The notes beneath the pieces are model-generated. The model was given only the letters and a program-made list of their open reading frames with translations, was not told the DNA's origin and did no database searches. Shown here piece by piece: positions 1 through 8,403 of a stretch of DNA of 64,000 nt (the first letter of the stretch is position 1; every line of letters starts with the position of its first letter). This DNA comes from Planctomycetota bacterium. Lineage in GTDB: Bacteria > Planctomycetota > UBA1135 > GCA-002748355. Position numbers and translations under genes: made by a program. The stretch covers positions 19,567-83,566 of the forward strand of contig JALUUL010000052.1 in NCBI GenBank assembly GCA_027021385.1, in the 5' to 3' direction.

Positions 1-1
1 G

Positions 2-1909
2 GACATCGACGAGCTGCATGAGGTCACTCATGTCGATCCCTGGTTCCTCGACCAGATCCGGATGCTGGTCGAAGAAGGGAAGCGGTTGGGAAGGATCCTC
101 GAGGAGGGGCTCTCTCGGATCGACGCCGCGACGATGCGGCGCGCCAAGCAATCCGGATTCTCCGACCGTCAGATCGGAAACATGGCCGGAGTCGGGGAGC
201 GAGTCGTCGCCAGGAGGCGGAAGGACCTCGGCGTCCACCCGACCTACAAGCTCGTGGACACCTGCGCCGCCGAATTCGAAGCCCATACCCCGTATTACTA
301 CTCGACCTGGGAGCAGGAGGACGAGGTCAGGATCTCCGACAAACCCAAAATCGTCATCATCGGCGGAGGCCCGAACCGGATCGGCCAGGGGATCGAGTTC
401 GACTACTGCTGCTGCCACGCGGCCTTCGCCCTTTCCGAACTCGGGTACGAGACCGTCATGGTCAACAGCAACCCCGAAACCGTCTCGACCGACTTCGACA
501 CCTCCGACCGCCTCTTCTTCGAACCTTTGACCCTCGAGGACGTTATTCACATCCATGAGAAGCTCGAGCCGGAAGGCTTCATCCTCCAGTTCGGCGGGCA
601 GACGCCGATCAACCTGGCCAAGGGTCTGAAAGAAGCCGGTGTGCCCTTGCTCGGAACCCCCGTGGACAGCATCGATCTCTGTGAGGATCGGGAGCGCTTC
701 CAGAGATTGATCCGGAAACTCGGGATCCGACAGCCTGCGAACGGGGTCTCCCGGAACGCGGAGGAGGCTCTCCGGATCGCTGAAGACATCGGATATCCGG
801 TCGTCGTCCGCCCTTCCTATGTTCTCGGCGGGAGGGCGATGGAGATCGTCTACGACGGAGAATCCCTCCAGCACTACATGAAAGAGGCCGTCCAGGTCAG
901 CGAGGAGCACCCCATCCTGATCGATCGCTTCCTCGAAGAGGCCATCGAAGTGGACGTGGACCTCATCGGGGACGGCGAGACCTTCGTGATCGGGGGGATC
1001 CTCGAACACATCGAGGAGGCGGGGGTCCACAGCGGTGATTCTTGCTGCTCGCTCCCGGTCTTCTCCCTGAGCGACGACATGCTCCACGAGATCCGCAAGC
1101 AGACCTACGCGCTGGCGAGGGAGATCGGAGTCGTCGGCCTCATGAACGTCCAATGGGCAGTAAAGGGCAACCATCTCTACGTCCTCGAGGTCAACCCTCG
1201 CGCCTCCCGTACGGTCCCCTTCGTGGCCAAGGCGACGGGAATCCCCCTGGCCAAACTCGCCGCGAAGGTCCAGGCCGGACGGAAGCTCCCGGAACTCGGG
1301 TTCACCGAAGAGATCGTCCCCGAGCATTTCGCGGTCAAGGCGCCGGTCTTTCCGTTCATCAAATTCCCCGGGGTGGACACCCTCCTCGGACCCGAGATGA
1401 GATCCACGGGCGAGGTCATGGGGATCGACGCACATTTCGGAACCGCGTATGCGAAGGCCATGGAAGCCGCGGGCGTGGAACTTCCGAAGGACGGCAGGGT
1501 CTTCCTCTCGGTCAAAGATTCCGACAAGCGCAACACGGTAGGCCTGGCCGCCCAGCTCGTCGCGATGGGTTTCAGGATCGTCGCGACCTCCGGGACCTGG
1601 AAGGCGATCCACAACCAGGCGATCCCGGTCGAACGGGTCAACAAGATCCACGAAGGCCGGCCCCATGTCGTCGACCTCATCAAGAACCGGGAGGTCGACC
1701 TGATCGTGAACACCCCCTCGGGGAAACAGGAGCGCTCGGACGACAGGCTCATCCGTTCGACCGCGGTGGCCTACAAGGTTCCGTGCATCACGACGATGGC
1801 GGGGGCCGCCGCAGCGGTCCAGGCGATCGCGAACCTCCGGAGAGGCGGGAGTTCCGTCGTCCGGCTCCAGGACCTGCATTGTTTCGATCCCATGAAGGCG
1901 ACGAGATGA
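2..1909 (+). CDS. carB: Carbamoyl-phosphate synthase large subunit, C-terminal ~635 aa (5' end outside window)
   Basis: The frame is open from base 2 (DIDELHEVTHVDPWFLDQIR precedes the tracked ORF 62..1909). It carries second ATP-grasp half motifs (IIGGGPNRIGQGIEFDYCC, VVVRPSYVLGGRAMEIV, LEVNPRASRTVPF) and an MGS-like allosteric tail (GFRIVATSGT). Confidence 0.95.
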   Translation, partial: DIDELHEVTHVDPWFLDQIRMLVEEGKRLGRILEEGLSRIDAATMRRAKQSGFSDRQIGNMAGVGERVVARRRKDLGVHPTYKLVDTCAAEFEAHTPYYYSTWEQEDEVRISDKPKIVIIGGGPNRIGQGIEFDYCCCHAAFALSELGYETVMVNSNPETVSTDFDTSDRLFFEPLTLEDVIHIHEKLEPEGFILQFGGQTPINLAKGLKEAGVPLLGTPVDSIDLCEDRERFQRLIRKLGIRQPANGVSRNAEEALRIAEDIGYPVVVRPSYVLGGRAMEIVYDGESLQHYMKEAVQVSEEHPILIDRFLEEAIEVDVDLIGDGETFVIGGILEHIEEAGVHSGDSCCSLPVFSLSDDMLHEIRKQTYALAREIGVVGLMNVQWAVKGNHLYVLEVNPRASRTVPFVAKATGIPLAKLAAKVQAGRKLPELGFTEEIVPEHFAVKAPVFPFIKFPGVDTLLGPEMRSTGEVMGIDAHFGTAYAKAMEAAGVELPKDGRVFLSVKDSDKRNTVGLAAQLVAMGFRIVATSGTWKAIHNQAIPVERVNKIHEGRPHVVDLIKNREVDLIVNTPSGKQERSDDRLIRSTAVAYKVPCITTMAGAAAAVQAIANLRRGGSSVVRLQDLHCFDPMKATR

Positions 1910-3177
1910 AAGACGACGACCCGAGAAGACCCGGCACTCCCCTCGCTGCGGCCGTCCGCGACTTCTGTCTGTCACAGAAGAACGCAACCGGCCCCGCGCG
2001 GTCCTTTCCCTCGAACGAGGCCTGGAGGAGGCTCAAGGAGTTCGGAACCGAACTCTGGCTGGACACCGGGGACCTGGAGGAGGCCGAGGAACTCTGGTGC
2101 GGGGAGTTCTCCGCGCTGACGACGAACAACACCCTTCTCAACAGGGAGGTCCAGAAGGGCATCTACGACGCCCTCGTCCCCGAGGCGGACCGCCTCCTCA
2201 GGGACCGCTGCGGGGAACTCTCCGAGAAGGAGCGGATCCTCGAGATCGCCTTCATCCTGAACGCCGTCCACGGACTCGAGCTGGCCGGCAGGTTCGGGGC
2301 GAAGGTCTCGGTCGAACTGCACACCGACTTGGCCCATGACGTCGAGGCCAGCGTCGCCTACGGGCTCCGGTACCATGAGATCCACAGGGAAGGATTCATC
2401 GTCAAGGTCCCCCTGACCCCTTCGGGGCTGGTCGCCGCGCGCAGACTCGGCGATGCCGGGGTCCCGGTCAACTTCACGCTCGGTTTCTCCGCCCGCCAGA
2501 ATCTCCTGATTGCGAGACTCGCGAGGCCCCGCTGGTCCAACGTCTTCATGGGCAGGATCAACGCCTTCCTGGCGGATGGAGGGCTGGGAGACGGGAGAAA
2601 CGCCGGAGAACGCGCGACCGCCGCCTCACAGGCCGCACTTTCGGAACTCCGCGAACGCGAGGGGGCTCCCACCCGTCAGATAGGGGCCTCGATGCGCGGT
2701 CCGAGCCAGATCGTCGACCTCGCGGGACTCGACGTCTATACGATGCCTCCGAAGGTCGCGAAGGCCTTCCTCGAACAGGACCTCTTCGAGGCTCTCGAGA
2801 AAGGGCGGCTCGAAGGTGATCACGATGTCGACTTCGGTCCCTCCGCCGACCCTCTCGAAGACCGACTGAACGTTTTCTGGGACATCGAACCCGCCTTCGA
2901 TTCCCTCTGTCGGGACCTCGCCTCGAGGGAGGAGCTCGACGCAGCAGGCATTCGGGAATCCCTGGAGGCCTCGGGACGAGGGGATCTCTTCCCCCGCTTC
3001 GAGGGTTCGGAGGAGGAAGAACTCGCCGCCCACGGCAAGATTCCTTCCTTCGAGCGCTGGCGGGAGGCCGTCAGGAAGGGACGAATGTCCTGGGACGGGC
3101 TGTTGACCTCGGCCGGTCTCTCGAGCTTCGCAGCCGATCAGGAAGCCCTGGACAAGAGGATCCGCGAGCACCTCTGA
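1906..3177 (+). CDS. tal: Transaldolase-family protein, long form (424 aa) with ~130-aa C-terminal extension
   Basis: The ATG at 1906 overlaps the carB stop (ATGA, 1906-1909). Motifs are LWLDTGD, TTNNTLL and the Schiff-base lysine context FIVKVPLTPSG. The tracked ORF 1042..3177 is a spurious 5' extension across carB. Confidence 0.85.
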   Translation: MKDDDPRRPGTPLAAAVRDFCLSQKNATGPARSFPSNEAWRRLKEFGTELWLDTGDLEEAEELWCGEFSALTTNNTLLNREVQKGIYDALVPEADRLLRDRCGELSEKERILEIAFILNAVHGLELAGRFGAKVSVELHTDLAHDVEASVAYGLRYHEIHREGFIVKVPLTPSGLVAARRLGDAGVPVNFTLGFSARQNLLIARLARPRWSNVFMGRINAFLADGGLGDGRNAGERATAASQAALSELREREGAPTRQIGASMRGPSQIVDLAGLDVYTMPPKVAKAFLEQDLFEALEKGRLEGDHDVDFGPSADPLEDRLNVFWDIEPAFDSLCRDLASREELDAAGIRESLEASGRGDLFPRFEGSEEEELAAHGKIPSFERWREAVRKGRMSWDGLLTSAGLSSFAADQEALDKRIREHL

Positions 3178-3190
3178 ACCGCTTCCGCTC

Positions 3191-6100
3191 TCACATCCGG
3201 AGCGAACCGCGGATCGACGAGAGGTCGGGGAGCACGCGGCGGTCGAAGACCATCCCCGCGGCTTCCCGGTCCTCGGATTCTGCCCAGGCCAGGATCAGCA
3301 GGAGCCGTTCCCCCTTCCGGAACAAGAGACGTCGCTCTTTGCGGTAGCGGGGTTTTCGGAACTTGATCCAATCCCGGACGAGGCGGCATTCCTCGCCCAG
3401 GATCTCTCCCTCCGCATCTCCGACCGGCAGGGCCCTCCGCGAGGACACCCGGAAACCGAGGTCCTCTCCCGCTCTCATCCTCGAGATCTCGCGGTCGAGC
3501 GAGGGTGGTCCCTCCCCCTCGGCGGGGCCCCGGGTCTTCCTTCCCAGGATCAGAATCCCGGCTTCGGCCCCGACCTCCCGTCCTCCTCCGGTCACCCGCA
3601 TTTTCGCCCGGGGGCGAAGCTCGACCTGTACTTCCCCCGGGCGCCCGGACAGCGGACGCCCCCACCAGAAGGCCGGCCATTCGAAAGAGAGGCCGAGGAA
3701 CGGGGCTCGATAGGCCCTTCCCGAGACTGTCCCCGCGTCATGGCCGCCCCTCGGACGGAAATCGAGGAGATGCCAGTCCCGGCCCTTCGAGCGCTCCAGA
3801 AGGAAGATCCAGGGCCCCACCCCCAGCGGGTTTCGGATCCTCCCGTCCAGAACCGCTTCGATCCGGAGCAGGGGACCGATGCCGGAGAGGAGGCGGGTCG
3901 CCTCGAAGGAGATCCCCGGACGGACCTCGTCGGGCATACGCCGCATCACGGGCCTCAGGCCGGGCCAGGCTTCCGCCGCAGCTCCGAAGGTGAAGCTCCC
4001 GGCTTCGACGACCCTCTCGATCCCCCCCTCGATTTCTCCGCGGTTCCAGGAACGGGTGAAGACCTGGAGCGTCTCGAAGGCCGATCCCAGCGAGAAACCG
4101 CCCTCAGCGACCCCATCGAGAAGGAAGACGAGGTCGAGCCACCTGCGTCCGGAATCCCTCGCCGTTCCCTCGAAGAGCCAGGCCACCCGGCGGACCCTTC
4201 CCTCGATCCGGTTCCGGACCGGAGCGGGCTCCGCCTTCAGGAGCCTCGACTCGGCCGGGAGTTCGAGGAACACGAAGCGGCGGACCGCGGGCCGCAGATC
4301 GAGAGGGAGCTGCAGAACGAAACCGCCGGGTTCGGCCCGCAGCGCTTCCTTCGGAAAGCCCCGCCGAAGGACCCGGACCCGGAGACGCCCATCGCTCCCG
4401 ACGAGCCCCTTTCCGGTGAGGACCTGGACCAGGGAACGGTGCGGATCGTCCCCGTCCTGGACGAGGACCGCGCCTTCCGGGGATTCCACGACCGGAGAGG
4501 TCGACAGGGCCAGATCGGCCCGTCCGAGCGGAACCGCGATCTGGCGGATCCCCCGATCCTCCCGGGCCAGGGTGCCGGTGATCCGGTCGGTGACCTCCAG
4601 GACGCCGTCCCTCCCGAAGCTCAAGTCGGTTCGTTCCTGAGGTCTGCCTCTTGCGATTCCGGAGGTCCACTCCTCTTCGAGCCCATCGCCTTCTTCCCCC
4701 GCAATCCGGGGAAAGGGCATCGACCACGCGACCCGGAACCCGAGATTCGAGGCGGGGCGGGGCGGAGACCGCGGGCGGCTCCTTTCCAGACCCAAGTCCT
4801 CGAGAGGAGAATTCCAGGCTCCACCGAAGACGACGATCCCGGAATCCCCGTCGAAAGCCCACTCGGCGAGGTTCCCGACGAGGTCCTCGACTCCATTGCA
4901 GGCCCTGCCTCCGGGCCGCCCGCCGCCCATCGCGGGCCCGTGGAGCCCGTTCCGGCGGTGGGCGATCCGCTTCGGATCCCACTCCATCCCCCAGGGGAAA
5001 CGCCAGGGAAGCCCGAGGTTTCCGGCGAAGGCCAACTCGTCCTCCGCGGGGAGCCTTCCCCCCCGACTCCTCGCGAAGGCCTCCGCGCCCTGGACCGGAA
5101 CACCCCCGACCGGGAGCGAGGCTTTCCCCGCCGGCGGGTCGTCGCCCTCCCAGTCGAGCGGACGAAAGACCGCCCGGCGGACCGGATCCACGATCGTCTT
5201 CAGAAAGGCGGAATACTCCTTGCCGGTGACCTCCCGCTTCATCAGGAGGAAGGGAGGCATCCGGCCGTCCCCGCTTCCGGGAATCCAGGCCGCTCCATCC
5301 GGAACCTCCGATTTCGGCAGGGCCCGGAGTACGAGCTTCAGGTCCTGGTCCCGCTTCAACCGCAACTGGTAGATCCCGTCCAGACAGCCCGGCGCGCGGA
5401 CATGGAGCCTCCATTCCCCGAGCGGGAGGAAGCCGCCCGAGGCCAAGACCGCGACCGGACCCGGGGAAGCGTCGGGCCGGATCCTCCGAGCCAGGACCTT
5501 CGCGGACGGCGGTTCGAGGCGGAAACGCAGGCGCGCTCTCCCCTCGGCCCTGGAAAGGGCTTCCACGATCGCCGGATCGTCCGCGAACGGACCGGCGGCC
5601 CGGCGGAGCAGGGAACCGGCTCTCTCGTATTCGCCCCGCGCGTAGAGGGTCGCGAAACTCCCGAGGAGGGCCCGCACCCAATCCCCCCGGATCCGTTCGG
5701 GGGCCAGACGCTGCAGGACCTCCCGCAGGCGGGCGGCCGCCCGGTCCGGCCTGGCACGCCGAAGGGCATCGAGAGCCGTCGCCAGCGCGTCGCCGCCCTG
5801 CATGGCCCGACGACTTCCCTGCCACCAGATGAACCCCGCGCCCGCCATCGTGACGAAGACCGCTCCGGCCAGGGAGGCCGAGATCCAGGCCCTCCGCCTC
5901 CGGATCCCCGATTGGAGGCGATGGACCATGCCCGGAGCGCGGAGGCCGACCTGTTCCCCCTGGAGGAACCTCCGCAAGGAGATCGCGAGATCGCGGGCGG
6001 ACGCGAAGCGGTCCTCGGGTCTCTTCGCGAGGCATTTCAGAAGGATCGCGGCGAGGTCGTCGGGGCAGGCGGGGTTGAAGCGGCGGGGGTCCCTGACCTC

Positions 6101-6799
6101 CTCCTCGAGAATGCTGCGCATGACGTTCGCGGGATCCCTTCCCTCGAAGGGGGGCTTCAAGGTCACGCATTCGTAGAGCGTGGCGCCCAGGCCGTAGACG
6201 TCCACGCGCCTGTCGAGATCGTACGATCCTCGCGCCTGTTCGGGAGCCATGTAGGAAGGGGTCCCGACCGCATCCCCGGTCCGTGTGAGCCCTGCCTGGT
6301 TCAGATCCCGGGCCAGGCCGAAATCGACGAGGACCGGCGCCCCGTCCTCTCTGAGGAGGACGTTGCTGGGTTTCAGATCCCGGTGGAGGACCTTGGCCCG
6401 ATGGGCCGCCTCCAGCGCGTCGGCGAGGGCCGCCCCCCAGGCCGCGACGGAGGCAAAAGGTGGAGCCACCGGGGAGGCGGGCAACCACGACCCACGTTCG
6501 AAACCGGCCTCCTCGAGGAGAGTCGCCTCGAAGGTCTCGGGTTTCCGGCCCCGCAGTCTGCGGCAGACCTTTTCGAGAGAAGGCCCCTCGACGAGTTCCA
6601 TCGCGAACCAGGGACAACCCTCGACCTCCCCGACGACGTGGACTCCCGCGATCCCCGGATGTCGGAGCTTCGCCGCGGAGGCGGCCTCCCTCCGGAAGCG
6701 TTCGAGGGCTCCGGAATCCAGGGTCAACTGGGACGGCAGGACTTTGAGCGCGACCTTGCGCCCGAGTCCCTTCTGCCGGGCTTCGAAGACGACCCCCAT
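3191..6799 (-). CDS. Ser/Thr protein kinase with TM segment, FGE-sulfatase (SUMF1/EgtB-like) domain and ~500-aa uncharacterised C-terminal region; N-terminus interrupted by apparent frameshift
   Basis: Kinase motifs are VALKVL, HRDLKPSNVLL, DFGLARD and GTPSYMAPEQ. A TM segment follows (ISASLAGAVFVTMAGAGFIWW). The FGE-type motifs are MKREVTGKEYSAFL, RLPAEDELAFAG, VGNLAEWAFD, GGAWNSP and NLGFRVAW. The first 24 residues (MVGDGRKLREIGDFEILRELGRGG) are encoded from ATG 6870 in another frame (see finding). Confidence 0.9.
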   Translation of the reverse strand: MGVVFEARQKGLGRKVALKVLPSQLTLDSGALERFRREAASAAKLRHPGIAGVHVVGEVEGCPWFAMELVEGPSLEKVCRRLRGRKPETFEATLLEEAGFERGSWLPASPVAPPFASVAAWGAALADALEAAHRAKVLHRDLKPSNVLLREDGAPVLVDFGLARDLNQAGLTRTGDAVGTPSYMAPEQARGSYDLDRRVDVYGLGATLYECVTLKPPFEGRDPANVMRSILEEEVRDPRRFNPACPDDLAAILLKCLAKRPEDRFASARDLAISLRRFLQGEQVGLRAPGMVHRLQSGIRRRRAWISASLAGAVFVTMAGAGFIWWQGSRRAMQGGDALATALDALRRARPDRAAARLREVLQRLAPERIRGDWVRALLGSFATLYARGEYERAGSLLRRAAGPFADDPAIVEALSRAEGRARLRFRLEPPSAKVLARRIRPDASPGPVAVLASGGFLPLGEWRLHVRAPGCLDGIYQLRLKRDQDLKLVLRALPKSEVPDGAAWIPGSGDGRMPPFLLMKREVTGKEYSAFLKTIVDPVRRAVFRPLDWEGDDPPAGKASLPVGGVPVQGAEAFARSRGGRLPAEDELAFAGNLGLPWRFPWGMEWDPKRIAHRRNGLHGPAMGGGRPGGRACNGVEDLVGNLAEWAFDGDSGIVVFGGAWNSPLEDLGLERSRPRSPPRPASNLGFRVAWSMPFPRIAGEEGDGLEEEWTSGIARGRPQERTDLSFGRDGVLEVTDRITGTLAREDRGIRQIAVPLGRADLALSTSPVVESPEGAVLVQDGDDPHRSLVQVLTGKGLVGSDGRLRVRVLRRGFPKEALRAEPGGFVLQLPLDLRPAVRRFVFLELPAESRLLKAEPAPVRNRIEGRVRRVAWLFEGTARDSGRRWLDLVFLLDGVAEGGFSLGSAFETLQVFTRSWNRGEIEGGIERVVEAGSFTFGAAAEAWPGLRPVMRRMPDEVRPGISFEATRLLSGIGPLLRIEAVLDGRIRNPLGVGPWIFLLERSKGRDWHLLDFRPRGGHDAGTVSGRAYRAPFLGLSFEWPAFWWGRPLSGRPGEVQVELRPRAKMRVTGGGREVGAEAGILILGRKTRGPAEGEGPPSLDREISRMRAGEDLGFRVSSRRALPVGDAEGEILGEECRLVRDWIKFRKPRYRKERRLLFRKGERLLLILAWAESEDREAAGMVFDRRVLPDLSSIRGSLRM

Positions 6800-7104
6800 C
6801 CCCCCCGACCCAATTCTCGGAGGATCTCGAAGTCGCCGATTTCCCGGAGCTTCCGCCCGTCTCCGACCATCTCCCCTTTATCGACCGGGGAAAGGGCCCA
6901 CCCTGACTTCCCCGCCGGAGCCGTCCGGCGGCCTCGGAACTGGACCCGGGGGCCGGCCCGTCCCGATTCCTCCCTTCTTGCAAAAAATATCCGGAATCCC
7001 TAGGATCTCTCCGCTTTTCCGCCTTCCAGACCCGCGGATTTCCCTCCTCCGAGGGAGGGTCTGGGCGGCTCAGTTTTCTCCACGTCAGCCGGACGAACAA
7101 GGCG

Positions 7105-7335
7105 ATGTCGAATCCGAACCCGAAAACCGCCCTCAAATCCCTTCCCCTCCAGCTGATGGAAGAGGTCAACGGCTCCTTCAGGAAGACCGTCCTCTTGCAG
7201 AAACGGGTCCGTGAACTGGTCAGGGGGCAGCGTCCCCTGTTCGAAACCCGCGAGACGAACCCAATCGCCATCGCCCTCGAAGAGATGCGCAGGGGGCTGA
7301 TCGAACTCTCCGGGGACGAACCCCCCTCCCTCTAG
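7105..7335 (+). CDS. Hypothetical small protein (76 aa)
   Basis: ATG-started ORF in the gap between two minus-strand genes. Its composition (K, N, E, L, I) is unlike the Arg/Pro/Gly-rich shadow ORFs. No recognisable motif. Confidence 0.4.
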   Translation: MSNPNPKTALKSLPLQLMEEVNGSFRKTVLLQKRVRELVRGQRPLFETRETNPIAIALEEMRRGLIELSGDEPPSL

Positions 7336-7368
7336 GATTCAAACGGGTCTCGGGTCCTTAGGGATTCC

Positions 7369-8400
7369 TCAGAGATCCCGGGTTTCCGCGAGCCCCTGGA
7401 AGTCCGCCCAGTTCCGGAGTTCCGAGGGGACCTCCCCCCTGCGACTCACGAGGACGAAATGGAGGAGGACCTGGCGCGCTGAAGCGGGCCCGAGGATTTT
7501 CGACTCGAACCCGTGGGGAAACCCCGACCCCGTATCGCTGCGGATGCTCCAACGGGCGATTCCATGCTCCTCCCCGGCCAGGTTGCTCGCGACGGCGAGC
7601 CCTCGGTGCGCGAGAAGTCCGTTCCGGGTCCTCTTCGGATCCATAGCGAGCTCGAAACCCGGAGGGACGGCGTTCGTCGTTCCGCCGCTGTCGACGACCA
7701 GGAAGGCCGAAGGGAACGGGTCCCCGGGCCGCCACAGATGCCGGACGGGAGGAAACGGCAATGCGGGATCCTGCGGGTTGTCTCCATTGAAGAGATGGAC
7801 CAGCAGAGCGGTCCTCTGCCCCGGATCGGAGATCTCCTCCACCTGGTTCCGGTCTGCCAGGGGCACGGAGACCCAACGGACGAAATCCAGGCTTCCAATC
7901 CGCTTCCCGGGGTCGCTGCCCGGGATCGGACGGAGATACCAGACAACCAGCCTGTAGACGTTCGTGCGGCGGAGTTCCCCCGAACCGGTCAGGTCGAACA
8001 CGTCGGTCCGATCATGCACGGCCATGAGAAGGAGATTCCCGGCCGTCTCCCCGCCGGCTATGTCCTTCTCGAAAAGCAGAGAGGTGTCGAGGACCGGAAG
8101 ACGGGAGTTTCCGAGGGGAGGGGCGGAAGAACGGTCCAGGCCGGATAGATAGGCGGCGCCCTCGGTACCGGCGACGAAGAGCCGGAAGGCCCGTCCGACA
8201 TCCCCCCGGATCGCTTCGAGGATGTCCTGCCCCGCACCGGTCAGAGAAGTATCCGTCTCGGCGAAGACTTGCGCCCTCTCGGTCCGGAGGAGCACACCGA
8301 AAATCGCCCCCGACAGGACGACGAGGAGCGTCATGACGATGATGAGTTCGACCAGGGTCAACCCCCGGACTCCTCCCTCGGTTCCTCCTCGATGCTCCAT
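7369..8400 (-). CDS. Pseudopilin / prepilin-type N-terminal cleavage-methylation domain protein (343 aa, GspJ-like size class exceeded)
   Basis: Class III signal peptide: GGVRG|LTLVELIIVMTLLVVLSGAIFGVL, with G at -1, E at +5 and a hydrophobic helix. It starts 3 nt after the stop of the upstream gene. Confidence 0.8.
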   Translation of the reverse strand: MEHRGGTEGGVRGLTLVELIIVMTLLVVLSGAIFGVLLRTERAQVFAETDTSLTGAGQDILEAIRGDVGRAFRLFVAGTEGAAYLSGLDRSSAPPLGNSRLPVLDTSLLFEKDIAGGETAGNLLLMAVHDRTDVFDLTGSGELRRTNVYRLVVWYLRPIPGSDPGKRIGSLDFVRWVSVPLADRNQVEEISDPGQRTALLVHLFNGDNPQDPALPFPPVRHLWRPGDPFPSAFLVVDSGGTTNAVPPGFELAMDPKRTRNGLLAHRGLAVASNLAGEEHGIARWSIRSDTGSGFPHGFESKILGPASARQVLLHFVLVSRRGEVPSELRNWADFQGLAETRDL

Positions 8401-8403
8401 GAT

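Noticed and set aside
1042-1905. 5' extension of the transaldolase ORF (tracked 1042..3177) running through carB.
   Set aside because: The extension is Arg/Gly/Pro-rich junk in an alternative frame of carB. An ATG at 1906 overlapping the carB stop gives a clean start.
6978-7064. Sigma70-like hexamers TTGCAA-17-TAGGAT (6978-7006), followed by an imperfect hairpin (CCAGACCC...GGGTCTGG around CCCTC-CTCC-GAGGG, 7026-7064), upstream of the 76-aa ORF.
   Set aside because: The -10 hexamer is weak, the downstream gene is itself uncertain, and the hairpin is imperfect and lacks a clear function. Recorded but not called as a feature.
3740-7271. Two very long ORFs overlapping the kinase gene: 3740..7003 (+), 1087 aa, and 4104..7271 (-), 1055 aa.
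   Set aside because: Both translate to Arg/Pro/Gly/Ser low-complexity sequence with no motifs. They are off-frame or antisense shadows of a gene with unmistakable kinase and FGE motifs, as expected at this GC content.
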